From the human T2T-CHM13v2.0 reference genome, Homo sapiens, in NCBI RefSeq assembly GCF_009914755.1, contig NC_060927.1: a stretch of DNA of 64,000 nt; one strand, written 5' to 3'. The first letter of the stretch is position 1. Every line of letters starts with the position of its first letter. Position numbers and translations under genes: made by a program. Below the pieces are notes generated by a model. It made no database searches. It worked only from the letters and a program-made list of their open reading frames with translations, and was not told the origin of the DNA. Positions 40,788-56,419 of this stretch are shown here, piece by piece.

Positions 40788-40869
40788 GTGGTGGCTGATG
40801 CCTGTATTTTTATTTTTAAATTTTAAACAAAATTTAATGTTTAATTTAATTTATATTTATGTACTTCTC

Positions 40870-40993
40870 TATTTAAGTTTAGAGATAGGGTCTCATTGTA
40901 TCTCCTAGCCTGGATTTGAATTCTTGGGCTCAAGTCATCCCGCCTCAGCCTCCTGAGTAGCTAGGATAATAGGCATATGCCATCACACCCTGC
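40870..40993 (-). mobile_element. FLAM_A-like Alu monomer
   Basis: AGAGATAGGGTCTC..TTGAATTCTTGGGCTCAAG..CCTCAGCCTCCTGAGTAGCT. Confidence 0.75.
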
Positions 40994-41385
40994 GAGGACA
41001 GTCTTAGAGTAGGCAGTCCCTTCTGAGGGAGTGACAAGATGGCCAGGTCGCTGGAACTGCTGATGTAGCCTCACCCATATTCCGTACTGGCTTGTTGACC
41101 TTAAAGCTTTTTGAATAAGCAGAGCTCATTACCTCCTTCTATTCCACCCCATGGAGCAGGGATGGAGGTTTGGGTCTAACTCAAATGCTCTGACGGGCCA
41201 TCAGCTCCAAAACAGATAGAACACTCACTGAATTCAAAAAGCTATGCACACATGGGGGTGGTCTCTCCTTGCCCCCTTCTTCTACGTGGCTGAGCAGGAA
41301 AAGCAATGACCACCCCAGCCATTTCTGTCTCTTTAGATTCCTGTTCTACTCCCACATAGAACCCCCCTCACCCTACCTTTGCACA

Positions 41386-41391
<6 letters not shown>

Positions 41392-41445
<54 letters not shown>
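41392..41445. repeat. (TC)n microsatellite
   Basis: About 27 perfect TC units. Confidence 0.97.
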
Positions 41446-41447
<2 letters not shown>

Positions 41448-41622
41448 TCACTGATGGGTGGGTTCTGCCCTTTCCTCTCATTGCAGTGGTAAGATGAGGA
41501 AGTCTATATGGGCTGCTTTGGTTCTAGATCACAAGTGTTGCATCAACTCAGATAAAAAGGTTCTATATCAGAGCTCACCAGTCTGCATTGGACATGCACA
41601 GGGAGCCCCAGTTAAATAAAAA

Positions 41623-42110
41623 TGTATTTCATTCAGGACTCTTGGTTGCCAACAAAAAGAAGCCCAATTCAAATTGGCTTAAAAATTTAAAAAGATGAGA
41701 GAAGGGAAGAGGGTGCTTTTGCTTCAGTGGCTTCTGATACAGCTGAGTCCAGCAGCTCAACAATCACATCAAGACTCACTGTTTCCCCATTTCTCGCCTC
41801 AACTTGCCTTTATTCCTGAGTGGTAAGCACCACTATCAGCTACTCAAGGCTCACGCTCTACCAGTAGAAACAAACGAAGCCCTGTGATTCTCTTAGATTC
41901 AAGCCAGAGTCCTGGAAGACCTAGGTCAGCCAGGCCTGGGTTGCAAACCTATCAATGCACCCTCTGCTGGACTGGTCAGGCCTGGGTTCTGTGCCCACTC
42001 CTGGACAGAGAGTGGGCGAAGTCTGGCTCCCAAAGGATAGTCAGGGTCCTGTTACCAGAAGAATGGAGAACGGATGCTGGGAAGGCAAAACCAACAAAGG
42101 CTGACCACAA
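41623..42110 (-). mobile_element. LTR33-like ERVL LTR
   Basis: TCAGGACTCTTGGTTGCCAAC..CCCAATTCAAATTGGCTTAAA ... TGTTACCAGAAGAATGGAGAACGGATGCTGGGAAGGCAAAA. Confidence 0.7.
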
Positions 42111-42599
42111 TATATTTCATAGTTTCATTCTCTGCATCTTTATCTTTCTCAAGCAGAGATGTTCTAAAGCAGGATTTGGGTATGCCAACGTCCTGACCAA
42201 AACCATCTCCTTAACACCCTCCAGCATCACCATTTCCCATGAGCCTGGCCATGTGTTTGCTGGGATGGTTTATTTCATGTCCTCACTTCTTCCTATAAAT
42301 TGTAGGACTTACTTATCCTTGTCAATTTCTTTTCTCTGCTTTGTAAGATGGCACGCGGCTTCATGACATCTCTCCAAAGGGCCTGAAGGCTGTGCCCCAC
42401 ATGCATCGCCTCAGGGCAAAAGCACATGCAAAACAAGCCACTCTTGGAAGCTGCCTCTTAAAGCAGAGCATCTCGGGTAATTCCCTGAGTCCCTAATAAC
42501 ACTGCTTCCTTGAGCCCCAAGGCTTCCAAAAGCTACAGGAGCATCCCAGATCTAATTTCCTAATAATATCTGTCTTTCTATTCTCTGCTATAACATAGC

Positions 42600-43257
<658 letters not shown>

Positions 43258-43294
43258 GCTCCTACCTTCAATTTCTAAAAACTTGTACACACAT

Positions 43295-43495
43295 TGCTAT
43301 GGATTGAATTGTATCCTTCCCACCACTACTCAAATGCTGAAGCCCTAACCCCTAATGTCACTGTGTGTGGAAATAGGGACTACAATGAGGCAATTAAGGC
43401 TAAATAAGGGTATAAGGATGGGGCTTTCTTAGAATAGGATTGGTATCCTTAGAAGAGATACCAGAGAGCTTACTTGCTCTCTGTCTTCACATGTA
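43295..43495 (+). mobile_element. MLT1A-type LTR, 5' part
   Basis: TGCTATGGATTGAATTGT..GCTGAAGCCCTAACCCCTAATGT..AGAAGAGATACCAGAGAGCT. Confidence 0.7.
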
Positions 43496-43499
43496 TGCA

Positions 43500-43920
43500 A
43501 CCCAGGTGTCAGCTGGGGCTGTGGTCTCATTAGAGGCTTGACTGGGGAAGGACCTGCTTTCCAGCCCCCTCAGGCTGCTGGCAGAATTCAGTTACTTGTG
43601 GTTTAGGACTGAAGGTCTCAGTTACTTACTGACTGTTGAACAGATGCCACCCTCAGCTCCTAGAGGATACCACTGGGGTGTCCCTCCCGTGTGGGTTTCC
43701 TAAAAATGACGCTTGCTTCTTCAAAGTTAGCGGGGGATGCAGAAACCACACCAACATCTATGTCATGTAATCAGGTACATATAACTGCACACATTCTGTC
43801 ACGTTTGCTGTATTCTATTGGTTAGAAGCAGGTCACAGTTCCATCCACACTCAAAAGTGGACCCTCACAAGGGCATGACCACAGGCAGATCATGGGGGCC
43901 ATCATAAGCTACTGTCACAA
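43500..43920 (-). mobile_element. MLT1E/F-type LTR fragment
   Basis: GGTGTCAGCTGGGGCTG..GGCAGAATTCAGTTACTTGTGG..ATTCTATTGGTTAGAAGCAGGTCAC. Confidence 0.7.
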
Positions 43921-43929
43921 AAGCTGTAA

Positions 43930-44718
<789 letters not shown>

Positions 44719-44729
44719 GTATGTAAACT

Positions 44730-44945
44730 TTTTAATAAAATGTAACGTACCCACGGAAAAACAAACAAATCGTAAATGTATACAGTTTGATGACTTTTCA
44801 TAAAGTGACTGCACCCACATAATCAGTACCCAAACCAAGAATCAGCATATTTCAGGCTCCTGGAAAGCCCCTTGTGCCTCCTGGCAGTCACTGTGCACGC
44901 CCCCATCCCCACCAAGGGTGCCCACACTCCTGGCAGGGCTGCATA
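44730..44945 (-). mobile_element. L1ME 3' fragment
   Basis: TACAGTTTGATGACTTTTCATAAAGTG..CAGCATATTTC..TCCTGGAAAGCCCCTTGTGCC. Confidence 0.6.
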
Positions 44946-45344
44946 TTTTAAGATATTCTCTTCCTCCTCTAACTTTTTCATGCCTGTCAATCTCACTTAC
45001 AAAGTTGTGAGATTGTAGGATTAAGGATTTAGATACCAAACCTGCTCAGCCAACCAGGACCAAAAAGAACCTTTGCTACAGACCCAATTCTGATAGAAAT
45101 GATGTTTTGGCTCAAGTAGGATTGAATTGCTGGAATTTGCTGGGTGATGGCATCCTCCCCACCAGAGAAATTGGAAGGGGAAAACTCTATTTAAGGGAAT
45201 TGAAGGCAGAGAGAGGCAAAGCTACTGTTAGGTGCTCGTTTGTTCCTTAAAGTATGTCCCTATTTCCACACCGAAGTGAATTACTCCCCAGGGAAGTGAA
45301 GAAAACTGCAGATGTGATTGAGAAACTGTTAGAATTCTCTAAAA

Positions 45345-46070
45345 CAGCACTGTCTAGAAGAAATATAACACAAGCCTCATTATGCAATTTAAAAATTTCT
45401 GGTGACCTGGGCCTGGTGGCTCATGCCTGTAATCCCAGCACGTTGGGAAGCCTAAATGGGAAGATCATTTGAGGCCAGGAGTTTGAGACTAGCCTGGGCA
45501 ACATAATGAGACACCATCTCTATGAAAAAAAAAAAAAAAAAAAAAGTAGCCGGGCATGGTGATGCACACATATAAGTCCCAGCTACTCCAGAGGCTGAAA
45601 TAGGAGGATCCCTTGAGCCCAGGAGTTTGAAGCTGCAGTGAGCTCTGATCACACTGCTGCACTCCAACCTGGGCAACAGAGCAAGACCCCATCTCTCTAA
45701 AAAAATAAATAAATAAAGTGAAATACATAAAAAAATTAAAATTTTTCTTGTAGGCACATTTAAAAAGTCAGAGGAAACAGGATTTCATAATTTTAATAAC
45801 CATTAATAAATATTAAATAATAGTAATTCAATTTTAACAATATTTTATTTTCATATACTATATCCAAAATATTATAATTTTCACCTATAATCAACATAAA
45901 ATTATGAATGAAATATTTTAAATGCAATAAGACATTTTACACTTTTTTCATTCTAAGTCTCTGAAACCCAATATTTTACATCTAATATTTTACATGTCAG
46001 TTCAGACGAGCCACATTTCAATTGCTCAGAGGCATATGTGGCTGATGGTTACCTTATTGACCAGAGCAGT
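45345..46070. mobile_element. MER33 hAT-Charlie MITE split by an Alu
   Basis: CAGCACTGTCTAGAAGAAATATAA..AATTTAAAAATTTCT | ..GCCACATTTCAATTGCTCAG..CATATGTGGCT..TATTGACCAGAGCAG. Confidence 0.75.
45404..45740 (+). mobile_element. AluJ
   Basis: GGAGGATCCCTTGAGCCCAGGAGTTTGAAGCTGCAG. Confidence 0.92.
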
Positions 46071-46840
46071 TTTAAGCAACCAGGAAGAAGTGTCAGGAAA
46101 TGAGCAAAAAAAAAAAAAAAAAAAAAAAAAAATCCAAGTTTTCAAATGGTCCAAGAGTGGGTTGCAATAATACCCAAATGACAAATACGTATTCACTCAT
46201 CAAACATGTTTGATGCAGGAGACTGAAAAAAGAACTCAAAGCTTCCGCCCTTAAGAACCTCATAAGGGAGACAAATGTATAGACCATTATAACATCAAGT
46301 GGCAAGTGCAGTACCAGAGATAAGCAAGAAGGAGCAGAGAGATGGCCCATCAGCTGGGAGGGTGGAGGGAGAATACACATTCTAATACTACCCTCCATTA
46401 CAACTAGTTACAGTGCCTGAAATGCTCATCATGCAATGAATTCTGGGTCATGAAAACAGTCTGGTTAAAATGCAAATACGTACTCAGGCAGGGTAAACAC
46501 ATAAACGTATGCATGCCCATTTACATTCATTGTTTTTTAAAAACCAGATTTATTTGTGTTCTCTAGTGGAAAACAGAGCTGGAGGTATAGGGGAGAGATA
46601 CAGGACTCAAGGCTCAACTGTGGAGCACTCAGGCTCTGAAGGCTTCTGAGAGGAGACCTCGTCAAGGAGAAAGAGCATTGAAAGTGAAGATTTAGGTGTC
46701 AAATAGAGAGGCTGAAAACTGCCTGAATTTGCCCATGGAGAAACCAGTCCAGACCAATGCCTTTCTTTATCTGAACACATGGCCCTCAGACCTCCTGCAA
46801 CAGACTCACCTGCATATATTGTTAAAAATGTGTAGCCCTT

Positions 46841-46980
46841 GGCTGAGTGCAGTGGCTCACTCCTGTAATCCCAGCATTTTGAGAGGCCGAGGCATGAGGA
46901 TTGCTTGAGCCCAGGAGTTCGAGTCCAGCCTGGGCAATGTAGCAAGACTTCATCTCTATAAAAAAAACTTAGAAAAAAAT
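46841..46980 (+). mobile_element. FLAM_C / Alu left monomer inside a MER5-like fragment
   Basis: TSD-like TTAAAAATG(TG/CA)TAGCC; flanks ACTCACCTG..TTGTTAAAAATG and CTGGGCCCCACCCCAGACC. Confidence 0.8.
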
Positions 46981-47086
46981 TTTAAAAATGCATAGCCTTA
47001 TAACCCTGGGCCCCACCCCAGACCTCTTATGGTAAACAGTATTACAGTTCCCAGTCATTTGCTCCTTCTTTCCTATAAGACAATGA

Positions 47087-47414
<328 letters not shown>

Positions 47415-47469
47415 TGATGATACATCTCTGATGCAAGTGTATGTCCCCTATGGGGCTGTTCCTTCTGTG

Positions 47470-47622
47470 TGAGTCCTTAAATGAAGAAAGTGTGGCAGAT
47501 CTGATACACAGCCAATATGAAATGTCAGTAGAAAACAAACCTTTTTTTCATTATACGCCACTGAGATTTGAGGAATCATTTGTTACTGCAGTATAACCAA
47601 GCAAGTGCCAGCTGATACACAT
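47470..47622 (+). mobile_element. MLT1 LTR 3' fragment
   Basis: GCCACTGAGATTTGAGGAATCATTTGTTACTGCAGTATAACC..GCTGATACA. Confidence 0.6.
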
Positions 47623-47799
47623 ACTGAATCAACATTTCTAGAGGAGAAGGTAGATCCTGTGAATCTCCATTTTTCCCCATGGGACCCTGATTCTCACTAA
47701 TGTCACCCAAACAAACAAATAAGATATATTCCGTTTGAGAAGTGAGCCTTTCATCAGACTGAAAGTTGAATGCTGGCCACAAATCAAATAGACACTTAA

Positions 47800-48157
<358 letters not shown>

Positions 48158-48385
48158 GTAAATACAAGTCTTAATTGCTCAGCCCATTACAGTCCTAGAA
48201 ATTAAGGAAAAGTAAAGCTAGACAGAAGCAGCCTCGCTAGCTCATCTGCAAGCTTGGAGTTCTTGTTCTATGCAAGGCCCTGGCCCTGGCCCTGAAGAGA
48301 GCTCCATGCAGCAAGCCCGAGCATCCCTGTCCCTGTGAGGCTTTCATCCATGGTTCCCTGACAATCAGGATTCTTGTTTTTCTGA

Positions 48386-48730
<345 letters not shown>

Positions 48731-49062
48731 ATATGTTAAAACTTAATCGACAATGTGATGATATTATTAGGTGGCGTCTTTAGGATGTGATTAAGTCGTG
48801 AGGGTAGAGCCCTTGTGAATGGGATTAATGCCCTTATAAAATGGCTGGGAAGAATTCCCTAGGCCCATTTTGCCCTTCATGTGAGGACACAGCCTTTGTT
48901 CCCTCTGGAGGAAGAAGCAACAAGGCGCCATCTTGGAAGCAGAGGCCAGGCCTCACCAGACATCGAACCTGCCTTGATCTTGGACTTCCAGCCTCCAGAA
49001 CTCTGAGAAATAAATTTCTGTTCTTTATAAATTACTCAGCCTCAGGCATTTTGTTCTAGTGG
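48731..49062 (+). mobile_element. MSTC/MSTD-type MaLR LTR
   Basis: GAATGGGATTAATGCCCTTATAAA..CATGTGAGGACACAG..AAGGCGCCATCTTGGAAGCAGAG..CCAGCCTCCAGAACTCTGAGAAATAAATTTCTG. Confidence 0.8.
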
Positions 49063-49169
49063 CCCCCATGCAGCTCTTGTTCCAGAAGGGGAGGCTGGCA
49101 TTGCTCACCCAGGGTAACCATCCATTTCTAACAGACATGGCAGTCACCACGTACTTCTAAAAGGAAGCT

Positions 49170-49735
49170 TGGGACAATATAGCACCCCTCCCTGCTTGCC
49201 ATCCTTCAGTGGCTCTCCATTGCTTTTAGGAGTGCAGCCAGACTCCTTATCCGGGCACAGAAGGCCCTTTGTGAACTGACCTTGGCTTACCTCACTGGTC
49301 TCTCCTTCTCTCTCTCTCTCTGCACTCTAGCCATGCAAATATTTCTACAGTTCCTCAAAGTCACCACCCTCTCTTTCTCACCTCTGGGCTTTTGCATGTA
49401 CTGTTGCTCTGCCTGGAATATGCTAGATTCAACTAACTCTGGGGCTCAGTTTACGTGTGACTTCTTTCAGAAAGACTTCTCTGACAATTACCAGTCCCCC
49501 AAATGAAAAAAAAACCCACTGGGCAGAAGGACTCCCTTAGGGGCTCAGCCACACTCTATTTCTGCAGCCTTGTTCTTAGCCCAGCGGATGGAGTCCACCC
49601 CATTAAATGTGCACTTCTCTGGCAGTCTGTAAGCCCTGAGAGAAGGGACTCTGTCCTCCCAGTATTCCCTCAGCCAGTGCAGTGCCTGCCACATGGCAGG
49701 TGCTCAATATATATTTCTTGCATGAATGAACAAAC
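49170..49735 (+). mobile_element. L2 3' region
   Basis: CCTTCAGTGGCTCTCCATTG..GCTCTGCCTGGAAT..CAGTGCCTGCCACATGGCAGGTGCTCAATATATATTT..ATGAATGAA. Confidence 0.75.
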
Positions 49736-50107
49736 AAGGAATTTAAAAACCATTAGCAAAGCTCCTTTCTGAAACTACGCTGGCCTGGGATGCAGATGAT
49801 TCTTAATAAATTTCTCACTTTCCCATGAATTTGGCAATAACTTATCTATCTCTTCCTCACTCCACTGCCGACTGCCACTCCCTCTTCTCTTTAATGTTCT
49901 TCTTGGGGTTCTGAGCCTTACCAACCACTGAGCTCTCCCTTGGCTGAATAACGACCAGGGAAGAGCCACCCCAACCCTGTTCTTTGAGCACCTACTAGGT
50001 GCAAGGGCACTGGATGCATGTCTGAAAGAATGCACCAACCACCCCGGGAGGTAAACTGTATTATTTTTGAACATTTCCAAAGTTGTGAAATATAACATTT
50101 GTATTCA

Positions 50108-50423
<316 letters not shown>

Positions 50424-52107
50424 TTTGTATTCACAAACACCAAAAGCATAAATGTAGAGTTTAACAAAGTATTATCAACTAACATCTGCTTCCTCACTGC
50501 CCAGGTCCAGGTAAGTTGTCCATATCCCAGGGGCCTCACATCCTGTCCAGGCCACCACCTCTTCCCTCCCAGTTGGTAATAGCTTCCTTGCTTTGTTGAA
50601 GACACCTAAGCAGGCACCCCTAAACCACAGAGTGCTGTGCTTTTGAAAACCTCTTGATTAAAGTGTACTTGACATACAGTACACTGCACATATTTAAGGT
50701 ATGATTTTAAGGTAGATATTATTATTGTCTTGATTTGTGAGATGAGGACAGTGAGGCCCAGAGAGGGGAAGTTGACTCTCCCAGGGCCCCACACCATCTG
50801 TGACGCTAATGGCAGCCTGGGCAAGGCTGGGATGGGGGTGTCCCAGGTTGGCAGGGAGACTCAGGGCAACTGGGATGAGCTCTAATACAGACCCAAAAAA
50901 GTCCGGGGGAAGAGCAGAAAGGAAGTAAAGAAGTAAGCTCATGCCTGGGCTTTGTTTCCCAGACATTCCCATCAGAGTGCATTTAAACCTCCTCCTTCCC
51001 ACTGTTTCCCTTCACCCCTCCTTAGCGCTCCTCATGGAGACAGCTGGGTGTAGTTGCTATGAACGGAAGAGAACTCCTGGGGCTGAGAAGCCCAGGGAAG
51101 AACCATTCAGTTCCTCATTTTCCCAGCTAACAGCTTATAAAAATCTGTTATTTCACTAACAATTGAGTATGTGGAAACACATTGGAGTCGAGGATCATCC
51201 TCATTCAAGGCATGCACACAGAGAGGCAGCAGAGCACAGGGGGTAAAGGGCAGCCCTTGGGGTCACATTCTGAGCCTGGCTCTCACCTTCCAGGGTCCTC
51301 GGGCAGGGTCTTTTCCTCCCTGATCAGCGTCCGTTTCTCCTTTTAATGTGAGGTCGCAGCAGGTGCATCCGCGAAGACAATGCCTGTACAGCACTTGGTA
51401 CTGCACCTGGCACAGAAGGAGGGCTTTGAAAATATTGGCTATGGTGGCGAATAAAAAATAACGTGACATGACAGAGGTAGAGAGCAAGAGACTTAGTCTT
51501 TATAGAATCCCCAAGGATGTGCCTTTGTTCTGGAGCATTCGAGGTGGAGACTCTGATGGTACCAACTTCAGAGGGGGCCACGCAGCCCTTGGTGGGGCTC
51601 ATCAGCATTTGGAGAGGGTCCCGGGGGACCTCTGCAGTGAGATGGAGGGATGCAAGGAGTGAAGAGCCGCCTGTCACCAGCACGCCCTCCCCATGCATCC
51701 CATATGCACTGCTGGCAGCAGCCACCCCACTGGAAGCCATCTGGCCTCAGTCAGCATCCCTGCCCCTGTCCCCAGTGCCAGCCTAGGGCTGCCTAGGTGA
51801 CGGAGCTCAACTGCAGGGCTGCATCCCTCCCTAGGGGGCTTGCTAAGACCAGGATGTGAGGAGTAGACACACTCAAGGAAAAGGGTGGAAGGTGAGGAGG
51901 TAATGTCACGATAGGCACCTAAGGCCCGGTCGTCAGATGAACAAGGAAGTCCAGGGGCAGGTACTGTGGGGAGGAGCAGGCCACGGTCTCACCTCTCTCT
52001 GTGCCTCTGCTTCGATTTTCTCTCTCCTCTTCCTTCCTGCTTTCACTTTTGCTTTCTTCCCTTGCCCTCCCTCCTCCTCCTCTTGTCCTTTCCCTCTCTC
52101 TTAGGAT

Positions 52108-52645
52108 GAAATAGATTCCTAGGGCTGCCATAGCAAGTCACCACAAACTGGGTGGCTTCAAACAACAGAAGTTTGTTTTCTCACAGTTCTGGAGGCCTGA
52201 AGTCCAAAATGAAGGTATTGGCTGGGTTGGTTCCTTCTGGAGGCTCTGAGAAAGCAGCCTCCGTCCCCTGCCTCCCCCAGCTTCCGGTGGCTTCAGCAAT
52301 CCTTGGCATTTCTTGGCTTGTGGCCACATTACTCCAATCTCTGCCTCCATCTTTACATGGCCCCGCCGCTGTGTCTCTGGGTGTCATGTCTCCGTCCTTT
52401 CCCATATGAAGACACCAGTCATTGGATTTAGGGCCCACCCTAAATCCAGGATTATCTCATCTCTAGATCTTTAACTCAATTACATCTGCCAAGACCTTTT
52501 TCTCCAATAAGGTATTTTTTCTTTTTCTTTTTAAATTTGTTATTTTCTTTTTTTTCTTCCTGGTTCTTAGTAAGTGTGCACCAAATAAGGTCTTATTCCG
52601 AGGTTCTGGGTGAACATACCTTGGCGGGGAGCACTATAACCAACT
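52108..52645 (-). mobile_element. MLT1C/D MaLR LTR
   Basis: CCTAGGGCTGCCATAGCAAGTCACCACAAACTGGGTGGCTTCAAACAACAGAA..GACACCAGTCATTGGATTTAGGGCCCACCC. Confidence 0.85.
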
Positions 52646-53184
52646 AAACTCTTTCACTTTCTCTGCACACACTTACTCTTCATTCCCCCACTCCGGACCC
52701 ATTTCTCTCCCCCTGCTTTTCCCTTCCCTCCTTCCTTTGTCTCACCCTCTCCCCTTTTCTCTCTTGCTCTTCCTCTCTTTCTCCTCTCCTCTTCCTCAGC
52801 TTACTCATTTCATAAACTTCTGTTTTGTGCTGCCCCATTACTTAGCTTGCACTGATCATAACCCCATGTAAGTTTGTAGCTCTGGTGCCCAGCAACAGCT
52901 AGTCTAGAATTTTTACTCTTATTTAAAATTCTGGTGAAAACAGATTTGATTGGCTCAGCCTGGTCAAGTGTCCAACCAGCTGTGGGTGGAGGGGTGTCAG
53001 AAAGTGAATATTCAGTTACAAGCAACCAACTGTGTCTGCTGCATCTTCTTAGGGGCATTCCTCAGTAGTGTTTTCTTCCGTTTAATTTTCATTACAGAAA
53101 TGTTCAAATGTACAGGAGAGAATAGCACAATGAACCCCATGTACCATTGCCCAGCTTCAACAACCATATTTTGCCATTCTTATT

Positions 53185-53186
<2 letters not shown>

Positions 53187-53218
<32 letters not shown>
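53187..53218. repeat. (TC)n microsatellite within an old L1M fragment (about 53080-53250, minus)
   Basis: About 16 TC units; upstream GAGAATAGCACAATGAACCCCATGTACC..CCCAGCTTCAACAA. Confidence 0.85.
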
Positions 53219-53221
<3 letters not shown>

Positions 53222-53264
53222 CCAGCCCCCTTTTTCATCCCTCCTTGGATCATTAAAAGCAATT

Positions 53265-53665
53265 GGCTGGCAGATCACTTGAGGTCAGGAGTTAGAGACC
53301 ATCCTGGCCAACACGGTGAAACCCTGTCTCCACTAATAATACATTTAAAAAATTAGCTGGAGGCTGGGCACGGTGGCTCAAGCCTGTAATCCCAGCACTT
53401 TGGGAGGCTGAGGTGGGCGGATCACCTGAGGTCAGGAATTTGAGAGCAGCCTGGCCAACATGGCAAAACCCCGTCTCCACTAAAAACATAAAAAATTAGC
53501 TGGGCATGGTGGCGGGTGTCTGTAATCCCAGCTACTTGGGAGGTTGAGGCAGGAGAATTGCTTGAACCTGGGAGGCAAGAGGTTGCAGTGAGTGGAGATT
53601 GCACCACTGCACTCCAGCCTGGGGGACAGGGCAAGACTCCATCTCAAAAAGCAAAACAAAATAAA
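53265..53665 (+). mobile_element. Partial Alu left arm fused to a full-length AluS
   Basis: Extra arm 53265-53360, then a dimeric Alu from 53361; one TSD TAAAAGCAATTG flanks the whole unit. Confidence 0.9.
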
Positions 53666-53679
53666 AGCAATTGTGTAAT

Positions 53680-53860
53680 ATACTTTATTTTTTAGAGTAG
53701 GAATAGCTTCAGGTACACAGCAAACTTGAGCATAAAGTACAGAGAGTTCCCACATACCCCCTGCTCCCCATGCACAGCCCCCCCAACTATCAGCATGTAC
53801 CAGAGTGGCACATTTGTTACAGCTGATGAACCTACATTGACGCAGTGCCATCACTCACAG
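53680..53860 (-). mobile_element. L1MC/L1MD 3' end
   Basis: AAAGTACAGAGAGTTCCCACATACCCCCTG..CCAGAGTGGCACATTTGTTACAGCTGATGAACCTACATTGAC. Confidence 0.8.
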
Positions 53861-53889
53861 CCCATTTGGGGATGGCTATTGACAGGTGA

Positions 53890-54214
<325 letters not shown>

Positions 54215-54671
54215 CATTTCACTTTTGAATACTACAATGTATATCGGTGACAGATACAACCTGATATTATGACATCAGAAACCTCTCAATGGGATGCAAC
54301 GGCAAGTACAGGCACCATTTATAAGAGTCTTGCCACAAATGATGAACCTGAATCTCATCAAGCCTCTGGAGCTCATCATTAGTTTACAGGAAATACCACA
54401 GACTCACAGTAATACAAATGCCTTCCAATTCCGTAGAGCTGCTTGACTTTTTAAAGCACATTTACATGGATTATGGCCTCCTTTTATAGCCATAGTCACC
54501 CTAGATTTGGGTTGACAAGATAAACATTCTTATTCCCATTTCAGAGACTGAATAATTAAGGTAACAAGGAAGTGAAATGAGAACTTAATTGAGGGCCACC
54601 AGACTTGGTTTCAAGTCCTGGCTCTACCACTAATCACCTTTGTGACCTTGGGCAAGGCTGGGACCCCACAA

Positions 54672-55136
<465 letters not shown>

Positions 55137-55169
55137 CCTAAAGCCGTAGATGACGAGGAGTATGGACCA

Positions 55170-55350
55170 AGCCAGTGGTTTTCTATCCTGGTTGCACAAC
55201 AGAATCACTAGGGGAGAGTTTCTAAGCTTCCAATGCTTCAACCCCACCCTAAACCAATCAAATCAAGATTTGCAGGGGTGGGACCTGACATGGAATGTGA
55301 TTGGAGCTTCCTATGTGATTCTAATGTGCAGCCAGGGTTACAGCCACGCC
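55170..55350. mobile_element. MER5B-like MITE
   Basis: CCAGTGGTTTTCT..AGAATCACTAGGGGAG..GTGATTCTAATGTGCAGCCAGGGTT. Confidence 0.7.
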
Positions 55351-55529
55351 ATTGGGTGCTCCTGTCACTGAACAGCAGCCAGTTACTAACAGTGACAAGC
55401 ATCACCTGGCAGCTTGTGTAAATGAGGAAGCTCAGGTCCCACAGCATTCCAACTGTCTTCGTCTGTTTGTGCTGCTGTAACAAAATACCACGAATTGGAT
55501 AATATACTAGCAATAGAAACTTACTTCTA

Positions 55530-55832
55530 ACTGGGTGCAGTGGCTCACACCTTTAATCCCAGCACTTTGGGAGGCTGAAGCAGGCAGATCACTTGAGGCC
55601 AGGAGTTCAAGACCAGCATGGCCGACATGGGGAAAACCTGTTTCTACTAAAAATACAAAAATTAGCCTGACGCACTGGTTTCCCAGCTACTCGAGAGGCT
55701 GAGGCACGAGAATGGGTTGAACCTGGGGAATGGAGGTTGCAGTGAGCCGAGATCACATCCACTGTGCTCCAGCCTGGGTGACAGAGCAAGACTCCATCTC
55801 AAAATGAAAAAAAAAATAAATAAAAAGAAAAG
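55530..55832 (+). mobile_element. AluS
   Basis: TSD AGAAACTTACTTCT. Confidence 0.93.
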
Positions 55833-56032
55833 AAACTTACTTCTCACAATTCTAGAGGTCAGGATGTCCAAGGTGGAGGTGCCATCGGTCTTTGTATCTG
55901 GTGATGCCTTGAACACTGTGTTCTCCAGATAGGAGGAATGCTATGTCCTCACATGGCGCAAGGGATGGAAGGACAAAAGAGCATCCCTTTCAACCTTGAG
56001 CCCTTTTATAAGGGTGCTAATCCCATTCATGA

Positions 56033-56419
<387 letters not shown>

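Noticed and set aside
41884-42366. 160-aa ORF
   Set aside because: Starts within an LTR33-like LTR, uses a GTG start and shows no recognisable domain.
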